Shown piece after piece: positions 37,178 to 50,808 of a DNA stretch of 64,000 bases. Position 1 is the stretch's first letter. Each line of letters opens with the position of its first letter. The stretch is from NCBI RefSeq assembly GCF_006345805.1, contig NC_043008.1, positions 56,296,001 to 56,360,000 of the forward strand. The letters run 5' to 3'. This DNA is from Octopus sinensis. Taxonomy: Eukaryota. The position numbers and the translations under genes are program-made. Below the pieces are notes generated by a model. It was not told where the DNA came from and searched no databases. It was given only the letters and a program-made list of their open reading frames with translations.

Positions 37178-37427
37178 GTGGAGGCGCGTGACTCGATGGT
37201 TAAGGTGTTACGTGGCCTGATCGTAAGATTGTGGTTTCGATTCCCGGGCCGGGCGACGTGTTGTGTTCTTCAGCAAGATACTTCATTTGACGTTGGTCCA
37301 GTTCATTCTGCTAGCAAAAAAGATTAGCCCTGCGACGGACCGGCGCCCCATCTAGGAAAAATACATGCGTCTCGGAAACCAGGAAACCGGCTCATTGAGT
37401 CCCTATGACTCCGAAAGAATCTTTGTA
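37178..37427 (+). mobile_element. tRNA-headed SINE with CORE-like domain, different tail
   Basis: GTGGAGGCGCGTGACTCGATGGTTAAGG head, GGTTTCGATTCC, TGTGTTCTTCAGCAAGATACTT. Confidence 0.7.
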
Positions 37428-37642
37428 TTATAATAATAATATCTCGTTTGTACTTTTTATGACAATCCTTCATTCTCTTTGTCGCTCTCCTTCTCTCAGG
37501 CTTTCTACTTCACTACATCAATCTATTAAGTACAAGCTTCCTCTTACTCTTACTTTCTGGGGATTTTTTTCTGTATCTCTTTCGTAATTTTGTCCCGCTC
37601 TTTGTTCTGTTCCTTTATTCTACTTTTACACACACACACACA

Positions 37643-37703
<61 letters not shown>

Positions 37704-38080
37704 ACACATACAAACACACACAAACACACACTTTTTTCCTCTTTTTCTGTTGCTCGTTTTGAAGACTGTGTCACTTTCTCACGATATCGTCTGCATGTTG
37801 AGAGCGAATCGATGAAGTGTCGATTCTTCTGTCCATTTCCGAGTAATTTTTTTGTTTACTTTCAAAAAAGGGGAAAAAAAAAAATACTTTCTCTTGTATG
37901 TGTGGATTCCTCTGTAGCCAGTAAGCATCAAACAATGTAAGCTTTAAACGATGAAAGTGTTACACTATTCATTTCCAAGAAATCTTGTTGAGAACAAGCT
38001 TGTCCATACGCGCGTTCGCGTGTGATGTGATGGTGGTGGTGGTTTTAGTGCATGTGTGTTTCTTCCTCCCCTTATTGTTG

Positions 38081-38131
<51 letters not shown>

Positions 38132-38290
38132 GGGAATGAAATGAATAAGGCCATTTGTTTTTTTGTATTTATGGCAATAGATAGAAAAAATTTTTAAAAA
38201 TTACCTAAAGAGGTATAACTCGGGTATATTACATGCTGGAATAGTTTAATTTGAGGCCGTAGTTATTTTAGGTAGGGTGATAGGCAAGAT

Positions 38291-38382
<92 letters not shown>

Positions 38383-38545
38383 CGAAAATAATACATTGAT
38401 TAAAAAACTATAAAGGCTGCCATAGCTAGGCTTGAATACATATGAACGTCTGTTCGCAGAATGAGGCATGTACTCTCTCACACACACGTATACACGCACA
38501 CAGAGAGAGGATATATATATGTATATATATATATACATATATATA

Positions 38546-38849
38546 GTGAAGGCGCGTGGCTTAGTGGTTAGGGCATTCGGCTCATGATCATAAGGCCGTG
38601 AGTTCAATTCCCAGCGACACGCTGTGTCCTTGAGCAAGACACTTTATTTCACGTTGCTCCAGTCCACTCAGCTGACAAAAATGAGTAGTACCTGTATTTC
38701 AAAGGGCCAGTCTTGTCACACTCTGTGTCATGCTGAACCTCCTCCAGAACTACGTTTAGGGTACACATGTCTGTGGAATGCTCAACCACTTACACGTTAA
38801 TTTCAAGATCAAGCTGGGACCCCCATCGTCGTAACCGACGGAGTGCTCC
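38546..38849 (+). mobile_element. tRNA-headed CORE-like SINE
   Basis: TGGCTTAGTGG A-box, GAGTTCAATTCC B-box, TGTGTCCTTGAGCAAGACACTT CORE-like, body TACCTGTATTTCAAAGGGCC...CGTCGTAACCGACGGAGTGCT. Confidence 0.85.
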
Positions 38850-39769
38850 TATATATATATATAGGAGCACTATAAATTTAGTGAGCTGACTAAGCGGACG
38901 ATGAATTATTTGAATGCTGTCTACTTCAACTTTTCGTCTTGCCAACTCCAAAACTTCCAGTTTGACACTTGAAATCTTGTTCAACTTAAAAATGTAAAAT
39001 TAAATTTAAAAAAAAAGAACAAACAGAAAAAAAAACGTCACAACACATTAAAAAAAAATATTACCGTTTGCAATGTAATTGTTTTTTTTTCTTCGTTCTA
39101 CTCAAGAAAAATTTATTTATTTTTTCATTTCCAAATAAAGGCTTTGGAAAAAAAAATTCAACTAGAAAAAATGCTCTCGTTTTTTGAAGTATGGAAACAT
39201 AAATATTAATTCTCAAACTATTTTTTTCACTCGTAATTGTTGCCATGGCATTGTTATTCTTTTTGTAACCATTTTTGCTGTTGTTATTCTTGTTGATATT
39301 GTGGTCGTCGATGTTGTTCTTTTCGTTCTTGTTTTTGATGCTGTTGTTGTTGTTGCTGCTGCTGCTGTTGCCGTTTGCATTGTTGTTGCTTTGGCACTAC
39401 TGTTGCCGTTACTTTTGCTCTTGTGGTTGTTGTTGCTGTTGTTGTTGTTGTTAAGTAACAAGACGGGTAAGGGTGATTAGGTGATGTTCTAGGGCTTAGG
39501 GGCGGGAGACCCCAGACCTTGGAAAAAACAAAAACTTTGGTCATCTTGTTGTAGTGGAGGGCTCTTCGTTGGCGCCCGACACCCCTGGGAGGTGGCCCTC
39601 GAAGTCGCTGGAAATGGAGATATCCAGGTCCAAATCCTTGAACGGCTGCTGCTGCAGCTGTTATCGTTTCTGTTGTTGTTGCTTTTTCTGCTGCTGTTGT
39701 TGTTGTTGTTCTTCTTCTTCTTCTAATCAGGACTCATGTCATTAGTCACAAAGAATAATCTCTAATTCG

Positions 39770-40202
39770 AGCCTACTCTAAGCTACTAAGAATGCGTGTG
39801 GCAACTTGAAGATCCACCCACCACATGCGATAGACTAGCGGTTGCACTGGCGCGAAAGTTACGTTGTTATCCTCATTCTGTAAACGGTGGCTTTTACCGG
39901 GTGGAGAGCTGAACCATCCTGGGGTATAGAGGATTCGCAATCTAGACTAGTGTCTGAAAGTTTACCACACCATAGTGGGTTACACCATGGTTCCTCTGCT
40001 TTGTGGAAGAAGTAGGAAGAAAGAGTGAGAGAAAGTCGTGGTGAAAGAGTACAGCGGGGTTCATCACCACTCCCCACCGGAGCCTCGTGGATCTTGGGTG
40101 TTTTTGCTCAATAAACACCCACAATATCCGATCTGGGAATCGAAACCGTGTTCTTACAACCGCGAGTCGGCTGCCCTAACCACTGGGCCATTGCGCCTCC
40201 AC
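39770..40202 (-). mobile_element. family C tRNA-like head joined to an unrelated body
   Basis: First ~200 bp match 36524-36715, then diverge into TCTTCCACAAAGCAGAGG... Confidence 0.75.
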
Positions 40203-41149
40203 TTGCCGTTGCTCTTGCTGTTGTGATATTGTGCTATTGCTGTTTTTGCTGTTTAAACCCAGAACAATCTTCATCAAGTTGACTCATGATCAAGGACAAT
40301 CATTCCATGACTATCCCGTCTTTTTCATAATCATAGTTTACCCTGAACTTCATTATGAAAAGTGCCATTCCTTTTTCTTAAGTCAACAGATTGTGGCTTA
40401 AATCACTCAACCTACTATTTCTAGTAGGTCAAGCAATCGCTTAGACGCCCATTTATTGTTATAGTGTTGTTATTGTTGCTGTGTAGCCCTTGGCCAAGCA
40501 TGATAAAATGAAACTATAACCAAAGGTGCTTCTGTCACATCACCCCATCTTTATTTTCAGACATAATTTACCTAAGTCTACATTATTATTCTATTATGTC
40601 TCGCTTTTTCTCTTAAGGATGTTAGATTATAAGTTTAGGGATTTTAGCTGCTATATCTTGAAGCTTGAATGACCACTTAGTGGCTTCCTTCCTGCCGGTT
40701 TGGTTATGTTTTTTTTTTAAGTCAAGGCTTAAAATGTTTAAATGAAATCAAAGAGGTCTGATATTTTATGAATTTTTTCACCTCTATTTATAGAGAGTGG
40801 TTGAGGGAGGAAACTGTTGTCATCTGCTTTCATTCAACATGTTTTCTTTTTCTCAAAAGAAGTCTTTCAGTTTCACTTCTCCACACATGGAGGAAATTGA
40901 AATTTCAGGGAAAAAATGTTAGATATGTTATAGAAAAAAAAGAAAGAAAAGAAAATTCTTGAATTTATCATTGCTTCTTGTTGAGAAGGTCATTTGTACT
41001 ATTTTCAGCAACAGAATTGTAGAAGAAGAGAACATTGAGAAGATTAACCCAATCAATAATTGAATAACTAATAAAACCCTAAAACCCTATATATCCGGTC
41101 GAGCAACTTACCCAAATCAATGTAACTCTTCCACGATAGATGTTCCGAT

Positions 41150-41579
41150 CTTCCATAACAGTCTTCATATTTTCAGCTTGATATCCGGTGTCTTCCACTC
41201 GTTGATCGATATATGTTCTTCTTGATCTGCTGATACGCGTAATTATAGTTCCATTCTTGCAGGGCCGACCAAGGGTTAAACAACACCAACAGTGGCAACA
41301 CTGTAAACAACAAAAGAGCTTCTAAGCGATTGGCTGACCCGCTACAAATAGTACTCTCTTTTACTCTTTTACTTGTTTCAGTCATTTGACTGCGACCATG
41401 GTGGAGCACCGCCTTTAATCGAGCAACTCGACCCCGAGACTTATTCTTTGTAAGCCCAGTACTTATTCTATCGGTCTCTTTTACCAAACCGCTAAGTGAC
41501 GGGGACATAAACACACCAGCATCGGTTGTCAAGCGATGTTGGATGGGACAAACACAGACACACAAACACGCACACACGC

Positions 41580-41640
<61 letters not shown>

Positions 41641-42400
41641 CATATATACGACGGGCTTCTTTCAGTTTCCGTCTACCAAATCCACTCACAAGGCTTTGGT
41701 CGGCCCGAGGCTATAGTAGAAGACACCTGCACAAGTTACTTACCACACAGCCACTCCTGCGCCTATAGTAGGTTGAGTAATTAAATCAAACTACAATCTA
41801 TTGACTTAAGGCAAATGAATAGTATTCTATATAATGAAGTCTAGGTACTGTTTCCAGAAAAGGGAATCGCTGGATATTTTGCCTTCGTTTCTCCAGCAGT
41901 CTCTAGTGTGGTGTGTTCTTTCCCTGGTTACCGAAGTGATGGTAAGAAGAGTGCCATTAAGTCGCTGTTTTGTAGGGTGTTGCTGCCAAAACAGATTAAG
42001 AACTGCACGAAGCATTTTTGTGCACGCGTCGCAAAGCTTCTGTTTAAGTCTTGATCAATGCTAATGATAAAAAGCCTTAGAAAAGTATTGATTCTACAGC
42101 TGCTTTGAAGGAATCTTTCTTCTTATAGTCAAGAAAGGAGGACTTCTATATAATTCTGGGGCATGGAATAAACCACCCGCTTCAGTCGTTAGCTGTCGGG
42201 ACACTACACTCTTCAAAACATCCATGCTTTCTGAAATTCGCCAACAGTCTGTGTAGGCATTCCATCCTTTTGCAGTCAGTCCTTACCTGGACATCCTTTT
42301 CTGTCGAAACAATGTTACTTCCCATGTAGGTAAGTCATCAACCATCATTAGATTGGGTCCATTCAAGGTACAGGTACCACCTGTTACATTATAACCCCTG
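41150..42400 (-). mobile_element. RTE/RTEX-like LINE relic, interrupted by SINE B and a CR1 scrap
   Basis: (F)TYMGSNIVSTEKDVQVR; TKMLRAVLNLFWQQHPTKQRL; YIDQRVEDTGYQAENMKTVMEDR. Confidence 0.75.
41352..41764 (-). mobile_element. SINE family B with internal deletion in the head
   Basis: Family B tail, microsatellite and 5' end; B-box segment missing. Confidence 0.9.
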
Positions 42401-42427
42401 TATTTAGTCCTACGAGCATTGACATAT

Positions 42428-42836
42428 ATATTTCTTTACTGCCTACAAGGGGCTAAACATAGAGGGGACAAACAAGGACAGGCAAAGGGATTAAGTCGAT
42501 TACATCGACCCCAGTGCGAAACTGGTACTTAATTTATCGACCCCGAAAGGATGAAAGGCAAAGTCGACCTCTGCGGAATTTGAACACAGAACGTAACGAC
42601 AGACGAAATACCTATTTCTTTATTACCAACAAGGGGCTAAATATAGAGGGGACAAACAAGGACAGACAAAGGAATTAAGTCGATTACATCGACCCCAGTG
42701 CGAAATTGGTACTTTATTTATCGACCTCGAAAGGATGAAAGGCAAAGTCGACCTCTGCGGAATTTGAACTCAGAACGTAACGACAGACGAAATACCACTA
42801 ATCATTTCGCCCAGCGTGCTAACGTTTCTGCCAGCG
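42428..42836 (-). mobile_element. SINE family A, head plus second tandem unit
   Basis: Junction CAGACGAAATACCTATTTCTTT near 42600. Confidence 0.9.
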
Positions 42837-43344
42837 CAGCTGCAGTCTCATTTGCTTAAAACCCAATAATTGACAAATTCAGGAAGTAAACTACAATCAA
42901 CGAGCGTGCTTTATTTGGCAGAATGACCACCACACTCCCAAAACGTAGAACAGTTTTTTTTCTATTTCATTATAGAATTCCCCACCGAGAAACTTGCGAA
43001 TTAAACACACAAATGAAATCTTATCTCCTTGTTTTAATAACCATTTCAGGGCTGTTTTCTTTTCTCACTGAACAGAAAGGAGATTCCAATCCCAGCAAGA
43101 TAGGTTTTTAAATGATTTCAGTTGTTGATATAAACCATTTTCAATCCATTTTGCATCACTAATTCGAACAGAAACGGCAAGAAGGTCGCAATCTCTCTTC
43201 CCGCCCTCTCTCTCCCTCCTCTCTCTTATAACCCATGGTCACACGATCTACTAGAAATACCAGCCAAATCTCCCTCAATCTTCGTTCTATAGTCTTGAAA
43301 ACATATATAACGAAATTACAGAAATTTACGAATATTCATTAGGT

Positions 43345-43371
43345 CACTGTTTCTATTATCCCTTTCTTCTT

Positions 43372-43402
<31 letters not shown>

Positions 43403-43909
43403 TTCTTCTTCTTCTTCCTATCCTCCTCCTCCTCCTTCTCTTCTTCTTCTTCTTCTTTTCCCCCTCCCCCCCCTTCCTCCTCCTTTTTCTCTTCTTCTTC
43501 TTCTTCTTCTTCTTCTTCTTCTTCTCCTCCTCCTCCTCCTCCTCCTTCTCTTCTTCTTCTTCTTCTTCTTCTTCCTCCTCCTCCTCCTCCTCCTCTTCTT
43601 CGTCTTCCTCCTCCTCCTTCTCTTCTTCTTCTTCTTCTTCTTCTCATTCTTCCCCTTTACTCTTTCTGTTTCTCTGACATTCATTCTCGCTCTTTCTCTA
43701 ATTCTCTCTCTCTTCCTATCACTCGCTCTTTCCCTTACTCTCTTTTTTCTCTTATTCCTTCTCTTTCTTTCACTTCCCCCCTTTCTCTCAATATCTCTTT
43801 TTCTCTTATTCTTTCTATCACTCTCTTCATTCATCCTCCTCTCACGAGCTCCCTCTCTTTCTCTCACTCCTTTTCTTCCATTATTTCTCCTCCTCTCTCT
43901 TCCCTCCTC

Positions 43910-43945
<36 letters not shown>

Positions 43946-44065
43946 CTTTCTGTCCCTTTCTCTCAATCTCCCCCGCTCTTTCTTTCACTCTCTCTTCTCC
44001 TTTCGCTCTCTTTATTTTCTCTTTTTTAACCTTCTCTCCCTTCTCTCTTCCTTCTTGCTCTATCT
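43345..44065. repeat. ~700-bp polypyrimidine/polypurine tract, (CTT)n/(CCT)n/(CT)n
   Basis: Plus strand almost purely C/T. Confidence 0.95.
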
Positions 44066-44299
44066 CTATCCCATACACACACCTTACACAAATATTACAC
44101 AAATATTACATTCACACGTACTACATGCACGCGCGCGCGCGCACACACACACACAGTAAGCATACACAACTCACGTACACACCATACACTTGTATACTGC
44201 CCACACTCCAACACTTTCATTCCCTACTCAAGAGGGTAGCCATGATATATCTTATTCCTCAAGTACATAACACTTCAGAATCACAACGCTGCAATAACA

Positions 44300-44519
44300 A
44301 TGCCTACTACTACTACTACTACTACTACTACTATACTACTACTACTACTACTACTATACTACTACTACTACATAAAAACAAAAACAGTTTAAGTAACAAC
44401 TATCTCCACCACCACTACCACCGCCACCGCCGCCACAACCATCACCATCACCACCATCACCACCATCACCACCACCACCAAAACCACCACCACCACCACC
44501 ACCACCACACCACCACACC

Positions 44520-44580
<61 letters not shown>
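44300..44580. repeat. compound (TAC)n/(CAC)n microsatellite
   Basis: Direct reading. Confidence 0.95.
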
Positions 44581-45149
44581 TAGTAAACTACTATTTTAGT
44601 AAACGGTCAAATAGCGTAACGCTGCTAAACTGACAGCAACCACCAGAACGAGTCAACGTCTAAGGCTCCTACGCGATTGCACGACATGCAAGAGGAAATA
44701 TCCAGATTTTTCTGAAATGAAACCTCGACAGTCTTGAGCTAAGAAGGGTATACACATATTTGGTGTTATATAGTCCTGGGGAGCCATAAAAAGTCGTGTT
44801 TGTAAATAGCTGGAATGATTTTGATTATAGGTTTGGCTTGATCAGGGTTGATCTGGGGTTCCACCGATGTTCTCGCTGTTGTTGTTACCAACTGGAACAA
44901 CAACAACGACAACAATAATCTAAACCAATAATCAGGCTTTTTATAGATCTTGGAAGCTATCAGAGGAAACCATTATCTGACCCTTTTTTTCTTTTTTCGT
45001 CTTTTAGTCAGGAAAGAAGGCAGTACCTATGGTCCTTTACAGGGTCGCCAAAACAAGTAGGAGGAATGTGGGTAAATATCTTGAAACCAGGAGTCTGAAG
45101 TGAAACAGCAGGTCGTGAATACAAGAGGCCTAAATGGGGTTCCTTCGAA

Positions 45150-45400
45150 GGGCCTCTGAAGTTATGTTACTTGATAGGGTGACTAACTCAGAGATAAGGG
45201 AATATCTCCTGATCGGGCCGCTACATATTCGCATTGAAGTTCTCAGCACTAGTAATACAGAGGTAATTAGAATGTCACGGGATAGAATCGTAAGATAGAT
45301 TCTTCAAGCCGAGTCAACTTACTAGCAGAATACCTAGGGGAAGAACAAGAAGGAGATGGCTGGATAAAATCTAACCGGAAGTTGTAATGACACTTGCTTC
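45150..45400 (+). mobile_element. RTE-like LINE relic
   Basis: LLDRVTNSEIREYL...IRMSRDRIVR...PRGRTRRRWLDKI. Confidence 0.65.
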
Positions 45401-45464
45401 TGATAGTGCCCTATGAAGCTGTTCGAGCTCTTCGTCAATTCAAGTATCAGTTACAGCAAGAACA

Positions 45465-45684
45465 ACAATAACGGTTTCAATTTTTGGCACAAGGCCAGCA
45501 TTTCGGGGGAGGAGTAAACCGATTACATCGATTCCAAGGCTTAACTGATACTGATTTTATCGACCTCGAAAGGATGAAAGGTAAGGTCGACCTCAGCGGA
45601 ATTTGAACTCAGAACGTGAAGACGGATGAAATGCCGCTAAGCATTTTGTTCGGTGTGTTAACGATCCTGCCAGCTCGTCGCCTT
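45465..45684 (-). mobile_element. SINE family A, alternative tail
   Basis: GCCAGCTCGTCGCCTT head end; TTTGGCACAAGGCC tail. Confidence 0.8.
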
Positions 45685-45924
45685 GCTAATAATAATAATG
45701 AACCTAATGTATACAGTGTTCAGGTGCGCTACAACTCATCAGGGAAAGTAACTAAAAGTGCATGAACAATACATAGAACATGAACAAGGAGTAAACACTG
45801 AATGAGTCGTTTTCCTTTTGAAGTGTGTGCATGTGTGTGTGTATGTGCGTGTGCGTGTGTGAATGTGTGTGTGTGTTTTTGTGTGTGTGTGTGTGTGTGT
45901 GTGGTGTGGTAAGGTGTACTATTG

Positions 45925-46500
45925 GCGAATTTCAGGAAGCATTTGAGGAGTGGAGTCCCGACAGCTAACGACTGATGCGGGTAGTTTATTCTATGTTTCT
46001 GCAATCCTGAGCAGTCATGCGTGCATATCGTGGCTATGTGGTAAGAGGCTTGCTTCCCAACCACATGGCTCCGGGTTCAGTCCCACTGTGTGGCACCTTT
46101 GGTAAATGTCTTCTACTATAGCTTCGGGCCAACCTAAGCCAGTCCCCCAACCACCGCTTGACAACCGGTGTAGGTTTGTTCGCTTCCCAGTAATGTAGCT
46201 CTTATGCAAATGAGACCGATAGAATAAGTACCAGTTTTTTTTTTAAAGAAAATAAGTCCTGGAGTCGATACGTTCGAATAAAAATTCTTCAAGGCGGTGC
46301 CCCAGCATGACCGCAGTCTAATGACTGAAACATGTAAAAGTAAAAGAATGTCCCCCGAGTGTTACCCATATGCAATTCAAACAGGTGTCCGAGGATGTCG
46401 GAAAGAAAGATGGTGGATAATCTTGCGGGTATCTGCAAAGTCAGTTTCCAGACGTCGGAGCTTTAATGTGCCCATACCCAGGGAAGAAAGACATTCAGAG
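45925..46500 (-). mobile_element. CR1-like LINE relic interrupted by SINE B (46022-46345)
   Basis: YSECLSSLGMGTLKLRRLETD...NTRGH and NKLPASVVSC; the same WNKxPASVV scrap occurs at 42160-42250 on +. Confidence 0.7.
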
Positions 46501-47303
46501 TAAAATCCCAGGAATTTATTAGTGACTACATCCACCACAAAAATGCCGAGAACTTTTGCTAATATTAGAATTCAATAATACAAAAGAATATTGTCAAGCA
46601 CATCTCAAGTAAATGTTTCTCTGAAAAGTTATAAAACGAAAGAGTAATGTTTTTATAAACTTATTCGGTCAGCCACAGAAAACAAATCGGTAATATAATA
46701 TCAAATACATATGCGATAACTTATTTTATAACATAAACCCATTATGCAAAATATAAATATAGTTTCATAAAGATTTTATTTAAGCACTTTTCGACAAACA
46801 TATAGAAATAATGGAAAAAAATATTAACAGTAAAAATATATAAAATAACAGGAGTAAAACGTATCCAGCCGTCCATGGTAACATAACATATTTATTGCAT
46901 GTGTAAGAAATTATCTTAACAGCAGTCCATTAAGCGAAAGTGTTGTGTGTTACGTGTTATTTGTTTATTAAACAAATAGGAAATATAAGATGGGGGTTAA
47001 GGAAACTTCAAGAAATTAGTTCTATATATGTGTGACTGTAATAAAAATAACAGAGAACTATTGTTATAACCGAGTCTCAAAGATCGTCTTTATTATGGGC
47101 GATATATTGTATATATATATAGTCTATTGAATTAAAATGAAAAGTTTCGTTTAAAAAATCTCAAAATACATTGTTTAAGACAAAAACAATGTTGATAAGG
47201 GTCTAAACAATGTTGTTAAGGGCAAAAAACATCGTTGTTAAGGATCAAAACGCACCTTTATAAAAACTGTGTGGTTCACTTGATAGTTGGTTTTATAGAT
47301 AAA

Positions 47304-47693
47304 CTATCAGTATCGCCCGGCCTTGCTCGGGTTTGTTTCGACCCTTTAAAATTGGAAGTTTTGAAAAGTAAAACTTTTGCATTATGTAGCTTGTTATTCT
47401 CTTTAAGTGAACATTTTTCTATTTGAAATACACCGAAAAATTGCGACACAGCAGTCAAAAAATCGTAAAAAATAGGGATTTTCTTAGAAAAAAAGCACCT
47501 TTTTGATGTAAATAATTTTTGGTGTTAACATAGTCCAATTTGAATTTTTTCTTCTATGGAAGGAAGAGCAAGCCTTCTTCTATTATACTCTCAATTTTGG
47601 TCAACTAGCGCCGCAGGATCTCGGAGGAGATAGTGTTAGTTGAAGGCTACCAAACCTGCAATACACAGACAACTTCAGCTTTATATATATAGA
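47304..47693 (-). mobile_element. non-autonomous Helitron, second subfamily
   Basis: Minus strand A|TCTATATATATAAAG start; hairpin CCCGAGCAAGGCCGGG; ATAG|T end; interior unrelated to the 5701 and 33178 copies. Confidence 0.78.
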
Positions 47694-48329
47694 TATATAT
47701 ATATACATACCTAGATTGATAGATAGAAATGTAGTTTGCTTGACAGAGCGATAGATAAACAGGCAGGCAGATAGATTGATAGATACATAGATAGTTTGAT
47801 ATATATAAATTGACAAAAAAATAGATCGATATATAAATTGATAGGTAAATGGATAAATAGATAGATAGAACTTGCTTTTTATATTGTGTCCAAGTATAAG
47901 CTTTTTATCTCTCTATACTTTTTATATATATTTTTTATATATTTTTAACATATTTTTTTACATATTCATAGAGATATATTTTATATTTTTATTGTTTTAT
48001 ATATTTTTACACATTTTCTCTGTATTTTAGTTTTCACCCTGCATTTTTCTTGCGCATGTGCGTATATAGACGTGTATATGAACTTTTATGAGCGTGTGTC
48101 TGTGTGTGTGTGTACGTGTGTGCGGGTATGTATATATGTATACATCATCTAAATCATCCATAACTTTTGTATTATCCTCTCAAAGTACACCAAAATCTCA
48201 GACAATAACAAGTAATATCGTATTTATTGTCTGTGAAAATTATAGAATATAAAACAACTTTGATAAAACTTATGCCTACTTTTCTGGCGAAAACAATGCC
48301 GTTCTGAACATTTTGGCCGCAACTGTACA

Positions 48330-48657
48330 TGCGTATGGTTGCATATATACGGGGGTGTACATGCAGGTATTCCACGAAAGTGTGAGTGAGCATATACATA
48401 TATAGCTTGCACGTATTTTATACATGCATTGAATATAAATATGCGCGTATGGGTGTGTGCACAAATGTATGTGTGTGCGGGTATACATATGTGTACATCA
48501 TGCGTGTGTGTGTGAGGGTATGAATATATGTACATGTGCATGGTTGCATATATATGTGGGTATACATGCATGTGTTCCACGCGAGTGTGAGTGAGCTTAT
48601 AGCATGTGCGTACTTTTAGACGTGTATTTGAATATAACTGTGCGCGTATGGGTATGT

Positions 48658-48693
<36 letters not shown>

Positions 48694-48830
48694 GTGTGTG
48701 GATATGTATGCGTGCACATGCATTGTTGCATATATATGTGCATCTATTGGCGTATGTGTGGGTGCGCATGTGTGTGTTTCAAGCGAATGTGAGTGAGCAT
48801 ATGCATACAGACACCTGTGTTGGGTGTGCG
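48330..48830. repeat. degenerate ~190-200-bp repeats made of alternating purine-pyrimidine microsatellite
   Basis: Three recurrences of T(G/T)GTTGCATATATA...GTGAGTGAGC. Confidence 0.6.
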
Positions 48831-49031
48831 TGCGCGCATGTGTATGTATGTACATGCACGCATACGCGATTGCTATGAACATTTTTACTCCTTTACTTTT
48901 TACTTCATCTCCTTCGGTTTTTCCCCATATTTAACAGTCGTTCTAATAGCTCTTTTGTCGTAATAAAGATTAATTACAAAGCAATTTCCCTTTGTTTACC
49001 GGTCATTTTCATAGCATATTTTGATTGCCTC

Positions 49032-49091
49032 GATAACTGAAGAGATGCTGGAGCAGGTTCCTCCTCGACATCCGAAACTCGGAGTTTTATT
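49032..49091 (+). ncRNA. type I hammerhead ribozyme motif
   Basis: Helix I GATAA/TTATT; core CTGAAGA 49037-49043; helix II GATG/CATC(C); GAAA 49074-49077; near-palindrome ACTCGGAGT; GUU triplet. Confidence 0.7.
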
Positions 49092-49127
49092 ATGGCAACC
49101 GAATAGTTTGTCACACATTATATTACA

Positions 49128-49621
49128 GAAGTTGCATTGTCTTTCTGGTGTGTTTCTGATGTGTTTATAGTTATTGTAATTGAGTATTATTGACCCTATA
49201 TTGGGGAGTCAACTATAGCTAACTTTAACAGAATTTCTTGTGATATTTGTGTGAATGTGGAAAGTGGTTGTCTATTAGTTCTAAAAATTTCCTAGCTATG
49301 TTAGTAGCTACATTCATGCTATAAGGTGGGTTGAACTATAACGTTTTCCTCCGTCTGCATCTTCTTGGTCTATTTATATTTGGTTCAATGCAGTGAATGC
49401 TATTCTTGAAGTTAGACCTTTCTAATGCAGCATTATAATATGGGGCTGCTTTTTCAAAAGTATCTTTGTCGACGGATTAATTGGAGACACGCCTGTTAAT
49501 GTTGTTAACCATTTGTTTCATTACTGCTGGTGGGTGGTTGGAACCTATGTCTATGTACGAGGCTTCTTCGTTTTCTTTGTGGTAGGGTTTAAATATTCCT
49601 GTGGTAGGGTTTAAATATTCC
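49128..49621 (-). mobile_element. Penelope-like element RT C-terminal relic of a second clade (tentatively Naiad-like)
   Basis: YIDIGSNHPPAVMKQM...AAPYYNAALERS...[26 protein letters not shown]...VKVSYS.LPNIGSII...PERQCN. Confidence 0.8.
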
Positions 49622-49624
49622 GCC

Positions 49625-49898
49625 ACCTTCCCTCAACCGAGAAGGCAAGGCAGTCATCATCGTACTAGTGACCACGTTGAAAAGTATGTGTGTGGTGGAC
49701 TCGAGCGATAGGTTTAGAGACAAACACTTACTTCTTTGACCAATCGCTCATCAACTTTTTCAAGTACCACTTGAAAAGGAAGGTGAGAATAGAAAGGCAA
49801 GGTTTATCTCGTGAAAGTTTCAATAAAAGGTGAATGAATGTAGCAAAGATGGTACGTGCGAGTGACGTCGCGAATTTGAACATGATCCTGTAAATCGA

Positions 49899-49900
<2 letters not shown>
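49625..49900 (+). mobile_element. L1/Tx1-like LINE 3' relic
   Basis: LINFFKYHLKRKVRIERQGLSRESFNKR resembles the L1-clade ORF2 end. Confidence 0.45.
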
Positions 49901-49939
<39 letters not shown>

Positions 49940-50089
49940 GAGAGAGAGAGACAGAGCACTGAGGTTATCGTGGTCTTTTCTGTAGGCTTTCCTTTCCACG
50001 GATAAACCTAATCTTGCTTTTCACATTTTTAATATTTTCTGCGATATACTATCCTTTTTGATGGTTTTTTTCTTCTCATGATCTCTTTT

Positions 50090-50727
<638 letters not shown>

Positions 50728-50753
50728 GTCTGTCTGTCTGTCTGTCCGTCCGT

Positions 50754-50808
<55 letters not shown>

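Noticed and set aside
45705-45750. CTGATGA on the minus strand near an (AAT)n tract
   Set aside because: No GAAA at the right distance, weak helix II and no helix I.
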